Part shown: positions 37,591 through 47,829 of the stretch, piece by piece
Layout: each line of letters starts with the position of its first letter
Position numbering within the stretch: position 1 is the first letter of the stretch
Assembly: GCA_030390025.1 (NCBI GenBank)
Contig: CM059432.1
Span: 86,182,001-86,246,000, forward strand
From: Squalus acanthias
Lineage: Eukaryota
Reading direction: 5' to 3'
DNA: 64,000 nt
Made by a program: the position numbers and the translations under genes
The notes under the pieces: model-generated
Told to the model about the DNA's origin: nothing
Seen by the model: only the letters and a program-made list of their open reading frames with translations
Databases searched by the model: none

Positions 37591-38865
37591 TTTATCTCTA
37601 CCGTACCTATCTCATCCCTTATTAACAGCGGTATGCCACCTCCTTTTCCTTTTTGTCTGTCCTTCCTAAATGTTGAGTACCCTGGAACATTCAGTTCCCA
37701 GCTTTGGTTACCCTGCAACCATGTCTCTGTAATGGCAATTACATCATACCCATTTACTTCTATTAGTGCCATTAATTCATCCACCTTGTTGCGAATGCTA
37801 CATGCATTTAGATAAAGTGCTTTCAACTTTGCCTGTTTAATATTTTTCTGCACATTGACCCTCTTTACTGTTGGCCTTTGTTTCTGCTCCCTATAGTTTT
37901 GCTGACTACTTTTCTAACTTGCACTTCCAGCTTCGTTTCTCTCCATTCTGGGCCCACACTTAGGTTCCCAGCCCCCTGACAAACTAGTTTAAATCCTTCC
38001 CAACAGCACTAGCAAACCCCCCTGCGAGGATGTTGGTCCCATTTCTGCCGAGGTATAACTCGTCCAGCTTTTACAGGTCCCACCTTCCCCAGAATCGGTC
38101 CCAATGCCTCAGGAATTTAAATCCCTCCCTCATATACCATCTCTCCAGCCACGCATTCATCTGGTCTATTCCCCTATTTCTGCTCTCGCTAGCACGTGGC
38201 ACTGGGAGTAATCCTGAGATTACTACCTTTGAGGTCCTGCTTTTTAATTTATTTCCTAGCTCCCTATATTCTGCTTGCAGGACCTCGTCCCTCTTTCTAC
38301 CTATGTCGTTGGTACCGATATGGACCACGACCTCCAGCTGTTCACCTTCCCCCTTCAGAACGTCCTGCAGCCGCTCAGTGACATCCTTGACCCTGGCACC
38401 AGGGAGGCAACATACCATCCTGGAGTCACGTCTGCGGCCACAGAAACGTCTATCTGTTCCCCTTACGATAGAATCCCCTATCACTATTGCTCTCCCACTC
38501 TTTTTCCTCCCCTCCTGGTAAGTTTTAAAACATCCCCTCTCTTTGAATTCCTTGTGGGCCAGGAGGAGCTGGTATGCTCCCCCCAGGATCCTCAAGGAGT
38601 CCTTGGGCCTCCCTAGCCCTGGAATCCCCCCGATCTTCGGGGAATCCTTTGACCCAGCATCCCCTTATCTTCAGGAAATAACGGCATCCCCAATCTTTGG
38701 GAACTAACAGCATCCCCCCAATCTTTGCAAAATCTTGTGACACGGAATCCCCGGCCTCCCCAAGCCACTGCGATGCAAGGGAATCCCCTCCTGCCGGGTA
38801 CCATTCCCATGGAGCCCCGGCTGCGTCCAAATTCCCGCTCCTGCCCGGAGTAGGCTATTAAGCCC

Positions 38866-39220
38866 CATGAGCTTGTTCATTCTATTAAATCATGGCTGAC
38901 CTGTACTTTAACTCCATTTACCCGCCTTTGCTCCATATCCCTTGATTCCCTTACCTAACAAAAAGTTACCGATCTCAATCTTGAAAATTTCAATTAATCC
39001 AGCATCCACACCTTTTTGGTTGAGAGTTGCAGATATCTACTTTGTCAGAAAATGTGTTTCCTGATTTCACGTCTGAAAGCCATAGCTCTAATTTTAAGAT
39101 TAATCCCCCTTGTTCTGGATTTCCCCACCAGAAGAAATGTTTTCTCTGGATGTACTCTATTGAATACCTTTCCATTTGAAAGGCCTCAATTATATCACCC
39201 CTCAACTCAAGGGAATACTT
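38866..39220 (-). mobile_element. Old CR1 3' fragment
   Basis: catggctgacctgtactttaactccatttacccgcc...ccatatcccttgattccc tail and a decayed C-terminus. Confidence 0.7.
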
Positions 39221-39466
39221 TGAAGAAACTGTGAGCAATTATGGTACTTTATGACAAATTTGCTAAACTGGTCATATGAAAACACCAACAACACAATCCT
39301 ACGTGAGCTTGTGCAAATGCAATTTGAAAACTGATTTTTCTACAGTGGAGCCAGGATGTTAGCAATATCCAATAGTAACAAAAATTAATTACAGCACACA
39401 AACCTATAAGCAATCTGTACAAAGAAAACTCAAGAGAATCATTCGAATGTTTAAACTTCAAATTAC

Positions 39467-39606
39467 CTTTATTTCCACCAAGTGCCACACCATTTTTCTT
39501 GTTCCAGTCAAATGGAAATTGACCTTTTGACAGCTCTTCAAATAATTTGGTATGAAGAGATTTGTGCTTAAGGCTTCGCTTTGTGCATTTCTGCTTTTCT
39601 TTTGAA
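39467..39606 (-). CDS. Candidate internal coding exon of an unidentified host gene (140 nt, phase 2 in / phase 1 out)
   Basis: Strong acceptor ttttcctctttttcag|, donor AAG|gtaatt, and a stop-free frame SKEKQKCTKRSLKHKSLHTKLFEELSKGQFPFDWNKKNGVALGGNK, in non-repeat-looking AT-rich DNA. Confidence 0.5.
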
Positions 39607-39810
39607 CTGAAAAAGAGGAAAATTTACCCTATTTTATTCACAAAAATGTTAAACAATTTATTGTAAATTCTCTTCACTCTAATTCATGCACTGTCAGTGA
39701 CATAGTAGCAACTAAGAAAACAAGCGTTAGCAACTGCTCTAGATGAGACAAACCATGATTATTTCTGGCTGTAAATGGACTGACCACTCAACCCACTTAT
39801 ATATGCCAAT

Positions 39811-40063
39811 GGGTACGGTAGCATAGTGGTTATGTTACTGAGGCCTGGATTAGTGATCTGGAGACGTGAGTTCAAAACCCACCACAGGCAGCTGGGGAAT
39901 TTAAATTTGTAAAAACCCATCTGGTTCACTCTGCCCTTTAGGGAAGGAAATCTGCTGTCCTTACCTTGTATGGCCTATATGAACTGCCCTCTGTGGCTCA
40001 CCACCACCTTCTCAAGGGCAATTAGCGATGCCTTGCCAGTGACGCCCACATCCCATAAAAAAA
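39811..40063 (+). mobile_element. Bipartite tRNA-headed SINE composed of the 5' head and 3' tail of the LINE at 26303-29658
   Basis: A box TAGCATAGTGG, B box GAGTTCAAAACC and tttagggaaggaaatctgc.gtccttacc (LINE head), joined to gctcaccaccaccttctcaagggcaattag..gcccacatccc (LINE tail) plus an A tract. Confidence 0.88.
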
Positions 40064-40791
40064 CAATACAACTTTGCATTGCTGTCCTATGCAGACCTAT
40101 CCGAGATATCGATGAAGTTCCATGGACAGAAAATTGAAGTATGATATTACAAGGTTGTGCGTGCCCAGTTTTTACTATTGCTCTGAAATCCACCTTTCAC
40201 TGAAGAAGCTGAAAAACTGTAGAACACTGCTACAAGAAACAGGTCCTTAATATAAATGCCATATGGTGCAATAATGGAGTCTTTACTGACATTTGACACC
40301 TTTCATGACCACCGGACATCTCAAAGCGCTTTATAGCCAATGAAGTACTTTTGAAGTGTAGTCACTGTTGTAATGTGGGAAAAACATTGTAGTCATCAAA
40401 CAAGATGCATGCTGAATAGAAGCATTCCTAATCCCAGAAGCTTTTGCCTGAATGGCAAGGTTCTCCTGAAAGCTGAAAAATAATCAGTGGCCTCTGATGA
40501 ACTAATGGGCCCCACGCGTCATATGATGCTGGAGCAGGTCTTGGACCACTAGTACTAGGACTAGCGTTAAAATTGAAGCTTATTGAGGTGTTCATTCTTC
40601 ACGATACATAGCTGGGACGAGTGAAAAATGTCTGGGATGAGTGAAGAATGCCGTCTTAATGGAGCTAACCAAATGTTGAGATGAGTTGAGATATGTAGAT
40701 ACTAACTTAACAAGTTGGGGCTGATTTTCCTCTGCATTGCACTTGTATTTCTGAGCATCCTGTTTTCACTTCACACGCACTTAAAATCATA

Positions 40792-41539
40792 GGGGGGCGA
40801 AATTGGCTGTCATTGCGCCCCCTGGGGGCGCTAACGGGACGCAAATGGCTTTGTGACCGGGTGTGGCGCTGACATCGACTCCCGCCATATTCGGCAGGAG
40901 TTTTGCAGCAGCACTACGGCATTGCACTCCGATCTCCTTCGCCCAGAGATCGTGACGTCATCGCCGTGCACATCGCCCCGGTAGCGCCCCTGACCCAAAA
41001 TTGACTTCTACCTCCTGCAGCAGCGCCGGTCAAAAACATCGGCAGCTGCAGGAGGCGTGCATCAGATGGCCGGCCGTTTCGGGGGCGATGATTAAAGGCG
41101 AGGTGGCTGAGGTAAGTAAAAAAAAACTTACCTTTCTTGTTCCAGTTTTTTTCGCGGGTTCCTGCCCGCAATCGATCAGCCTGGCACTCTGATTGCGTGC
41201 CGGGCTGATTGCACGGGATTGCAGCTACCTTGGTGGTCCAGGTAGGTACTTTTCATATTGCAGAGCCTGCAGTGATGGCCCTTCCCTTTAAGGGAGGGAA
41301 GGAGCCTTTGAACGCGGCAGCGCTGCACGGCCCAGTGTCCAGCGCTGCTGAAATCTCCGCCCCGCCTGCTGCCGATTGTGCTCCAAGAAGGAAGTGGAGC
41401 GCTTGATTTAGCGCTCCACTTCCTTCCTGGAGTGCAAAACTGAATTTTTTTAAAGTTTAAAAACATTAGCACCTGGCGCTAATTTTCTCAACTTTTAAAA
41501 TTTATCGCCCCTGATGGGGCTATAATGAATTTCACCCCC
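40792..41539 (-). mobile_element. Non-autonomous Harbinger-type element (relative of 21205 and 36830, opposite orientation)
   Basis: TIRs GGGGGGCGAAATTG / GAATTTCACCCCC with flanks ATA/ACA. Removal restores the CR1 tail atcatagaatcttacagcacagaa. Confidence 0.85.
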
Positions 41540-41989
41540 ACAGAATCTTACAGCACAGAAAGAGTCCATTCAGACCATCATACTTGTGCCGACACTTTGA
41601 AAGAGCTATCTGATTAGTACCACTCCCCTACCCTTTCTTATAGCCCTGCAAATTTTTCCTGAAGTGATGTCATTGTGGGCTGGTGTGGGTTTCCTCCACT
41701 TCCACTGGACAAAGGTCAGGGGCAGGCTGCCTCCATAAAAATTAAACAATCAGTTTCATTATGTTGCATTTTAAAAACTGGCAATTTAAAAAAAGAGCAG
41801 CAGCAACTTGGTAAGATGTGCATAAATTGATGTATGGCTGTATGGTGATAACAATTATAAAGTGCTCGGTTGCTGTTGGGGTGCACAGTGGGCGGAAGCA
41901 TTTAAGGAGATCTTGGAGTTCTTTGATCCTACCATCCTCTTTAGCAGAGTGGAGGGTGGGGGTTACCATTTTGGCATACTTTTATACAG

Positions 41990-43490
41990 GAGGAGGACAA
42001 AGAAGCACATTTAGATGACCGAGAATGAGGTATCAAACGAGGAGGGCACCTACCCACGGTAATCTTGCTACGCGTAGTCAAGGTGACCACTACCGTGAAC
42101 ATTTTTGAATGTTCTTTTCAGCGTGTATGGGGGGACATAAGCAACATGAGTCAGGCTGTAGTGCATAAAACAGGTGACTGCTGCCTTTTCGAGAGCAATT
42201 ACATCACATTCCTCATGAACACCAGGACGCAACAGAACTGAGCCCTAGGGTTCCTTTGAATGGCAGGATTCTGAAAAGTTCAGGGGGTAAGAGATAACAC
42301 CTAGTTAGCTCTTTATGCTCCTGCCACCAGGAGAGCCTTTATGTGAACTGCAAGGACTTCTACTTCTCTATAACTGTTCAGCTTGGATGTTACCACGTTC
42401 AATGGATAATAAGGCCAATGCCAGTTGATCAGGCCACATTCATGATGCCTTTATTTTGCACCATATATCATCTGCTGATACCCATCAAGTGTAGGGTTGG
42501 CCTCTGGATGACCAAGGATACACACTGCCGCCTTGGCTTATGACCCCTCTGCAATATCACTGCATCCAGCTGAAGACATAATGGCCCAGAAATTGATCTC
42601 GCTCTGTTCCCGCGGGGGTAAGCCTTCCCCGCGATGTCTCACCTCGCTTGTGCTTTTTCAGATCCAGCTCGCACGAACTTGATGTTCCAGACATCAGCTG
42701 TGCTGGGCTTGCGTATCCCAGCGGCGTAGTGAATTCGTGCGAGCTGTGGGATCATGTGACTCAGTTAGAGCCAATGGCAGCACACCATCTTCCATTCATA
42801 AGTTTCACAGACCTGCTGTGAAATCTATGAATCTTACACCCCCCCAAAATAACAGCTAAACCTCAATTAAATTTTTTTAAAAACCCATCACATTAATAAA
42901 ATAAGTATAGTTAATCAAATTAACCATTTTAAATAAAAAATTTAATTTTTGAAAAAATTTAAAATCTTTTAAAAAGTTATAAAAATAAACTTACCTGTCT
43001 TTAAAGTCTCTAAAAAAGATATACCTGTAAAAAAAAATTCAAAAAAATACTTAATTCACTACTTACCTTCGTAGAAGCGGGTCTTACTCCTCCTTTTTAC
43101 ATTTCCAAAATCTTCCCTACTTACCTGCGTGTCCAAAGCATGAAGTGCACAGCGTGCGCGCAGTCTGTAGCGCGCACGCGATGCACCGAGGACCCGCCCC
43201 CTTTTCCATTCACCAAGTGCCGGTTTTCAGCGCATGCGCAGGGCATGCAGAAAACCGGCAATTGGAGTGGGAATACGCGAGAGTACGCAGTGCGTACTCT
43301 CGCGTCGCGGGATCAATTTTCGGCCCATTGAGGCAAATGCCTCCACCAGATTCATCATAGAGTATACCACTGGCATGCTAAAGCAACAATCCAGGTGCCT
43401 TGACAGGCTAGGGGTGTCCTTTAGTATAATGCAGTCAAAGCTTCCTGGATCATTGTACTTTACTGTATTTTCAACAACATTGTGAATGAA
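41990..43490 (+). pseudogene. Harbinger (HARBI1-like, DDE_Tnp_4) transposase pseudogene of the outer element, split by the MITE at 42583-43326
   Basis: VKVTTTVNIF, GDISNMSQ, MAGF*KVQGV.D, VNCKDF, HDAFIL, DQGYTLPPWLMTPL, EANASTRFIIEYTTGMLKQQSRCLD. Confidence 0.85.
42583..43326. mobile_element. Multi-hairpin MITE, copy 2
   Basis: Same TIRs and length (744 bp) as 4990-5733 and nearly identical to it; flanks AAT/ATT. Confidence 0.93.
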
Positions 43491-44020
43491 AGAGGCAGTC
43501 ACTTGCAGCAGCTGCAGCAAAAACCTTCAGAAGAGCAGCTGGAGGACATGGCTGAGGAGCCGGAGGACCAGAGAAGTCTACAATCGATGTCTCTTTGGCA
43601 GCTGCATACCATGTGCTGGACCTTAATTCAGGACATTTTTCACAAACAAAGAACACTTCCTATTTTCAGTCCTCCTGCCATCTTCCATACCCCCTGCAAT
43701 AAATCCTGCAATAAATCACAATCACCTACATTTGCACACCTACCCTACTTATCCGCCAGTAAGACCGTGGCCTAGAAATTAGTTAGCCCCCAAAAATGGG
43801 CACGGGGATCACGATATGCCAGCAACCCGCGCCCGTTTGGAGGACTGCAGGCAGCACGTGAACTTCGCTGCTGAGTGGCTGAACACTCAGCAGGGGGCTA
43901 AAGTTCATGCAAGGCTAGCACCAATTAAAACTAGCCTGCACTACTTAAAGCTAGCCAGCACCTCTTAAAGGGGAAGTACATTCTGCCTGCAGCAGGGAAG
44001 ACAGTGGGAAAAATCTATTA

Positions 44021-45898
44021 ATGATGGCACAACAGTGCACCAAGGTTCTCCGATGCAGGACTTGAGGCCTTGGTGCAGGAGGTCAATTCAAGGAAAGAGG
44101 TCCACTTTCCACAGGGGGCAAGGAGACCCTCCAGGCAACAGATAAAAATGCAATGGGAGCAGATAGACAATGTGGTGAATGTCAGCAGTGTAGCCCCGAG
44201 GACGTGGACACAGTGCAGGAAGAAGTTTAATGACCTCATACGAGTGGTTAAGGTCAGTGAAATCATCTTCAAATGCCATATCCTACCATCTGCACCACTA
44301 GCCAGACACTGCTCAATGCACCACACCCCCATCATTCACCTACCAACAATCTCTACCAAACATGGCTCATACCTCACATTCATAGCTTCACCTCACCTTT
44401 ACACACTTACCACTGCTGCAAGCCTCACACCCACATCTCACAGCTTGCACACACTGCCAGCTATTTAACCATGACAGGCACATCACCCAAACACATTGGA
44501 CTACACTCACTGACACACTTCCCTTTCTCTTGTAGGAAAAGGTGGCACATAGCCGCCAGCAGGGCCTAACCTGTGGGGGACAGGTCGCCTGCATCACCTC
44601 ACCCCGTTGGAGGAGACGGTGCTAGCCATTCTTGGGAGGGGCATGGCGGAGACTGTGGCCAGAGGCGGGGCTGAAAGAGTACAAGATGCCGGTATCCTCA
44701 TATGTTATCTTCCTTCTCGTATCCCACTTCCCCCTCATCCCACAATCTCTTCTGATTTACAAGCTGCACATGGTGTAAGCATGCACCTCTTGCTTTCCTC
44801 CCCTCCCCTCACCACAACCCTACTCTTCGGCCCAAGAAATCCAACCTGCCTAGCCAGTGGTTGTACAAGAAGAGGGAGAGTAGAGTGATGAAGAAGAAGA
44901 AACACCCTCAATCGATCTGACACTTGCAGCCACCAGCTCAGATACTGGCACTCCGTGGAGTTTAGAGGGTAGCTTCAAGGCGGGATCCGCATGTGGTGAG
45001 TCACCGGGCACGCATGGGCTACAGCCAGGGCAGGGGGAAAAGGGTAGCGCAGGTGCCAGCTCCCTGGAATGCGAGGTCGCACACGAGTTCTGCTGCAGAG
45101 GACTCAAATGAGGACTTCGATGGGGCGGCCTACAGAAGAACGCTGATAGGTACGCACAATTAAATGCTTGCTGCATTGGCAGGCCTGCCAGAAAGCCTGA
45201 GTGCAATGTCAAGGAGCATGGAGGAGTCCAGCACCAACCTTGCACAGGGCTTTGCGCAGAGCTTGGAGACAATCCTTTCCAGCATGGAAGTGATGGCCAC
45301 CTCCATTAGCGCACTTGTGGACCCAGCCATCGTGCAGCGTCTGATGGCCGATGTCTCAGCTTCCATTGCAGCACAAGCACAAGCCACCCTGTGTCTGAGT
45401 GCTGCAATCGAAGCTCAAACTGAAGTCATGCAAGCTCAGACTGCTGCCATCGTGGCTAGGTTTACCAGTGTGGAAAGGGGCTTGCAGGGCGTCACAGCAT
45501 TCCAGCAATCTGTCCTCCAAAGGATGGCTAGGAATGCTGAGGCGCCATTCCAGGGGAGTGGCAGTGTCTCTGTGGAGGATGAACCAACTGTCCTCTCTCA
45601 GGAGGACAGCATTCGTCCTCCCATCACTGCCACTTCACCAGTGCCCTTGCTGCTACCTGTCAGCCAACCAGCCCAGACTGCTGCCACCCATGCTGAGATG
45701 GTACTGTCCGCAGCCAGGCATTCTAGGCCCAGAGCTGCTCGAGGTTGTCCTGAAAGGCCATCTGCAGTCTCCCCCACTGAAAGTCAGCAGCCTTCCACCA
45801 GCCATGTTGCAGCTACTGAGGTAGCAGTTCATAGGAGCACTAGGTCAGGCAAAGGCATACTGAAGACAGGCACTAAGGAAATGCACAAGGGTGACTAG
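44021..45898 (+). pseudogene. Harbinger Myb/SANT-like DNA-binding protein gene, 3 exons (~44021-44252, 44536-44691, ~44836-45898), with frameshifts and stops
   Basis: APRFSDAGLEALVQEV...WEQI...VNV....RTWTQCRKKFNDLIRVVK|gtcagt, acceptor cttgtag|GAAAAGGTGGCACAT, and a long low-complexity ORF 45164..45898. Confidence 0.85.
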
Positions 45899-46079
45899 TT
45901 GACTTTGTTAGGTTATATTGGATGGATTGATGGATAAAGTTGGATTGGAATGTTTCTTTTCTGGTGGCTTTTATTTCAGCATAGTGGCCAAGAGGACACT
46001 GTGACGGTCAGTAACAGAGGAAAGGTAAGGTGTGGGACTATTGTTGATTGGGGAATTGGAGTTGTGTTCACTCGTACCG

Positions 46080-47041
46080 CAGTTGGATGAGTGGATCACG
46101 GACAGCCCAGGTAGAAAGGGGCTGTCTGTGTTGCCGCTTCCACCTCTTCCGTTTCCTCCTCCTCCTCTTTCTCCTCCTGCCCCTCAGCTGGTCGCCATAT
46201 GCCTGGTGGCAAGGGCTGTGCCCTCATGATGCCGAGTTTGTGGAGCATGCAGCAGACCACCACGAATCTTGAGACGCGCTCTGGTGAGTACTGCAAGGCT
46301 CCTCCAGAGTGGTCCAGGCAGCGGAACCGTTGTTTAAGGACGCCAATGGTCTGCTCTATCAGATTCCATGCAGCAGCATGGCTCTCATTGTATGCATGCT
46401 GCCCACATGTGGTTGGGTTGCAGAGCAGAGTCGTGAGCCAGGTGGTCAACAGATAGCCCTTGTCGCCCAGTAGCCAGCCTCTGGTTTGTCTTGGTGGCTC
46501 AAAGATTTAGGGAACAGCGGAATGGCACAGAATAAAAGCATCATGACTGCTGCCATGATGTGTTGAGCATGGCCGCACACCAACTGCACATTCTTTGCAG
46601 TTGCGGTACATCTCAGCATTTAGTTACGGTGCCCTGCAAAGCTACGTGCATGCAGTCGATGGAACCTGCTATCCTGGCAAAGCCACGTGCACTTTCTGCT
46701 AGTTTCTCTCAGGTCAGAGAGAAGTAAATGAAGTCCCCTCCCCTGGCATAAAGAGCTCCTGTCCTTGCCCTGGTGTGAGGCTGCATGTCTGGTTGCAAGA
46801 AGAGGCAGAGTTATGTGAGCACCTCCTTTGTAAAGTGCAGACGCCTCACACTCTGCTCCTGGCTCAGGTTGAGGTAAGAGAATTGCTCCCGGTAGACCCT
46901 AGGTGGGTAAGGCCCCCTGCTGAGAGCCATTCTCCTCCTCCACCTCCTCCCTCTGTGAGCAGCTTGTCCTCTTCTTTGCTGCCTCTGCTCCATCTCCTGG
47001 TCATGCTGCAGGCCAAGGGGGGTGACAACTAGAGCACCCAT
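46080..47041 (-). pseudogene. Harbinger DDE transposase pseudogene (internal deletions)
   Basis: PYPPRVYREQFSYLNLSQEQSVRRLHF, IDCMHVAL, GSSHDAFIL, GWLLGDKGY, IEQTIGVLKQRFRCLD, CCMLH, followed by an acidic tail. Confidence 0.9.
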
Positions 47042-47689
47042 GACTGGAAGCAAGCGGTCTGACCAGAACCCTTGAAGTCAGAACCAAGGCCTTCTCCACT
47101 TGCAGCACCACTCCCTATCACCTCACCAACTTTAAACAACTCTAGAAAGCTGCAAACACTTCCACAAACTTACACAGAGCTAGTAGAATTTAATCAGCAA
47201 CTGACCTGAGAGTAGTTGATGATCCCTTTAAATATCGCTGGTAGGGGATCCTTGCAGCTGCTGAATGCCTGTTCAGCTGCGCAAGGTTAACACAGGGCAT
47301 TACTTCCAGCGTTGAGGACGAAAATGGCAGCACTGGCGTCAGATCAGCGTGCAACGTCACGATCTGCCTACTCTACATACTCTGGCGCATGCACCCAGCG
47401 CTGACGCTACCGCCCTCACCAAGATTTTTGACCCTTAATAGCACCGCTATGCACTTGAATTTCTAGGCCCATACCTCTTCACAGCACATTTCTTAATGGC
47501 ACAAATGAAACTGTAACTGCAGGTCTACAGTGCCAAAATCATTTATTGAACAAAAGGACAAGTGTATCTGAACCCAGCACCTACTAACACGGTTCTTTCC
47601 ATCCTTATCGGACTCTTCCCCCAAGTCACTTACTACTGCACTTCCAAATTCCCAACTGTCTAGGCTTTGGCCCTCCACACAACACAACA

Positions 47690-47822
47690 TTTCTACGAAA
47701 GGTCATCGACCTGAAACGTTAACTCTGTTTCTCTCTTCACAGATGCTGCCTGACCTGCTGAGTATTTCCAGCATTTTCTGTTTCTATTTCAGATTTCCAG
47801 CATTTGCAGTATTTTGCTTTTG
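47690..47822 (+). mobile_element. Penelope-type terminal repeat fragment with a degenerate minimal hammerhead motif (47691-47725)
   Basis: ct(g)acga-AGGTC-atc-GACCT-gaaacgtta, then actctgtttctctc..cacagatgctgcctgacctgctgag; homologous to 10343-10405. Confidence 0.65.
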
Positions 47823-47829
47823 TACAACA

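Larger units (their letters stand above)
33737..38514 (-). mobile_element. Young near-complete CR1 LINE (ORF1 esterase, ORF2 EN-RT), interrupted by a SINE and a MITE
   Basis: ORF1 AIVIGDSIVRG/CLPGARV/HIGTND (38071-38510). ORF2 start LYLNACSIRNK (37548..37853), then long ORFs 34941..36285 and 33830..34840, and an (acataaga)n tail. Confidence 0.96.
33431..38865. mobile_element. Non-autonomous Harbinger-type element (~650 bp) split by the CR1 at 33737-38514
   Basis: Ends GGCCTTGATT ... ATTAAGCCC with CAT on both sides. The CR1 is flanked by ccggta/ctggta. Confidence 0.55.
43769..47469. mobile_element. Full-length (3.7 kb) PIF/Harbinger transposon, decayed
   Basis: Perfect 12-bp TIRs GGCCTAGAAATT / AATTTCTAGGCC, flanks CGT/CAT, convergent Myb (+) and transposase (-) genes. 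Confidence 0.92.

Noticed and set aside
40493..40520. CTGATGA as a hammerhead or C/D box motif
   Set aside because: No helix II plus GAAA box or supporting structure follows.
44021..47041. Host genes HARBI1/NAIF1/MSANTD
   Set aside because: The region is bounded by TIRs, multi-copy in the window and disabled by frameshifts and deletions, so these are transposon genes rather than domesticated loci.
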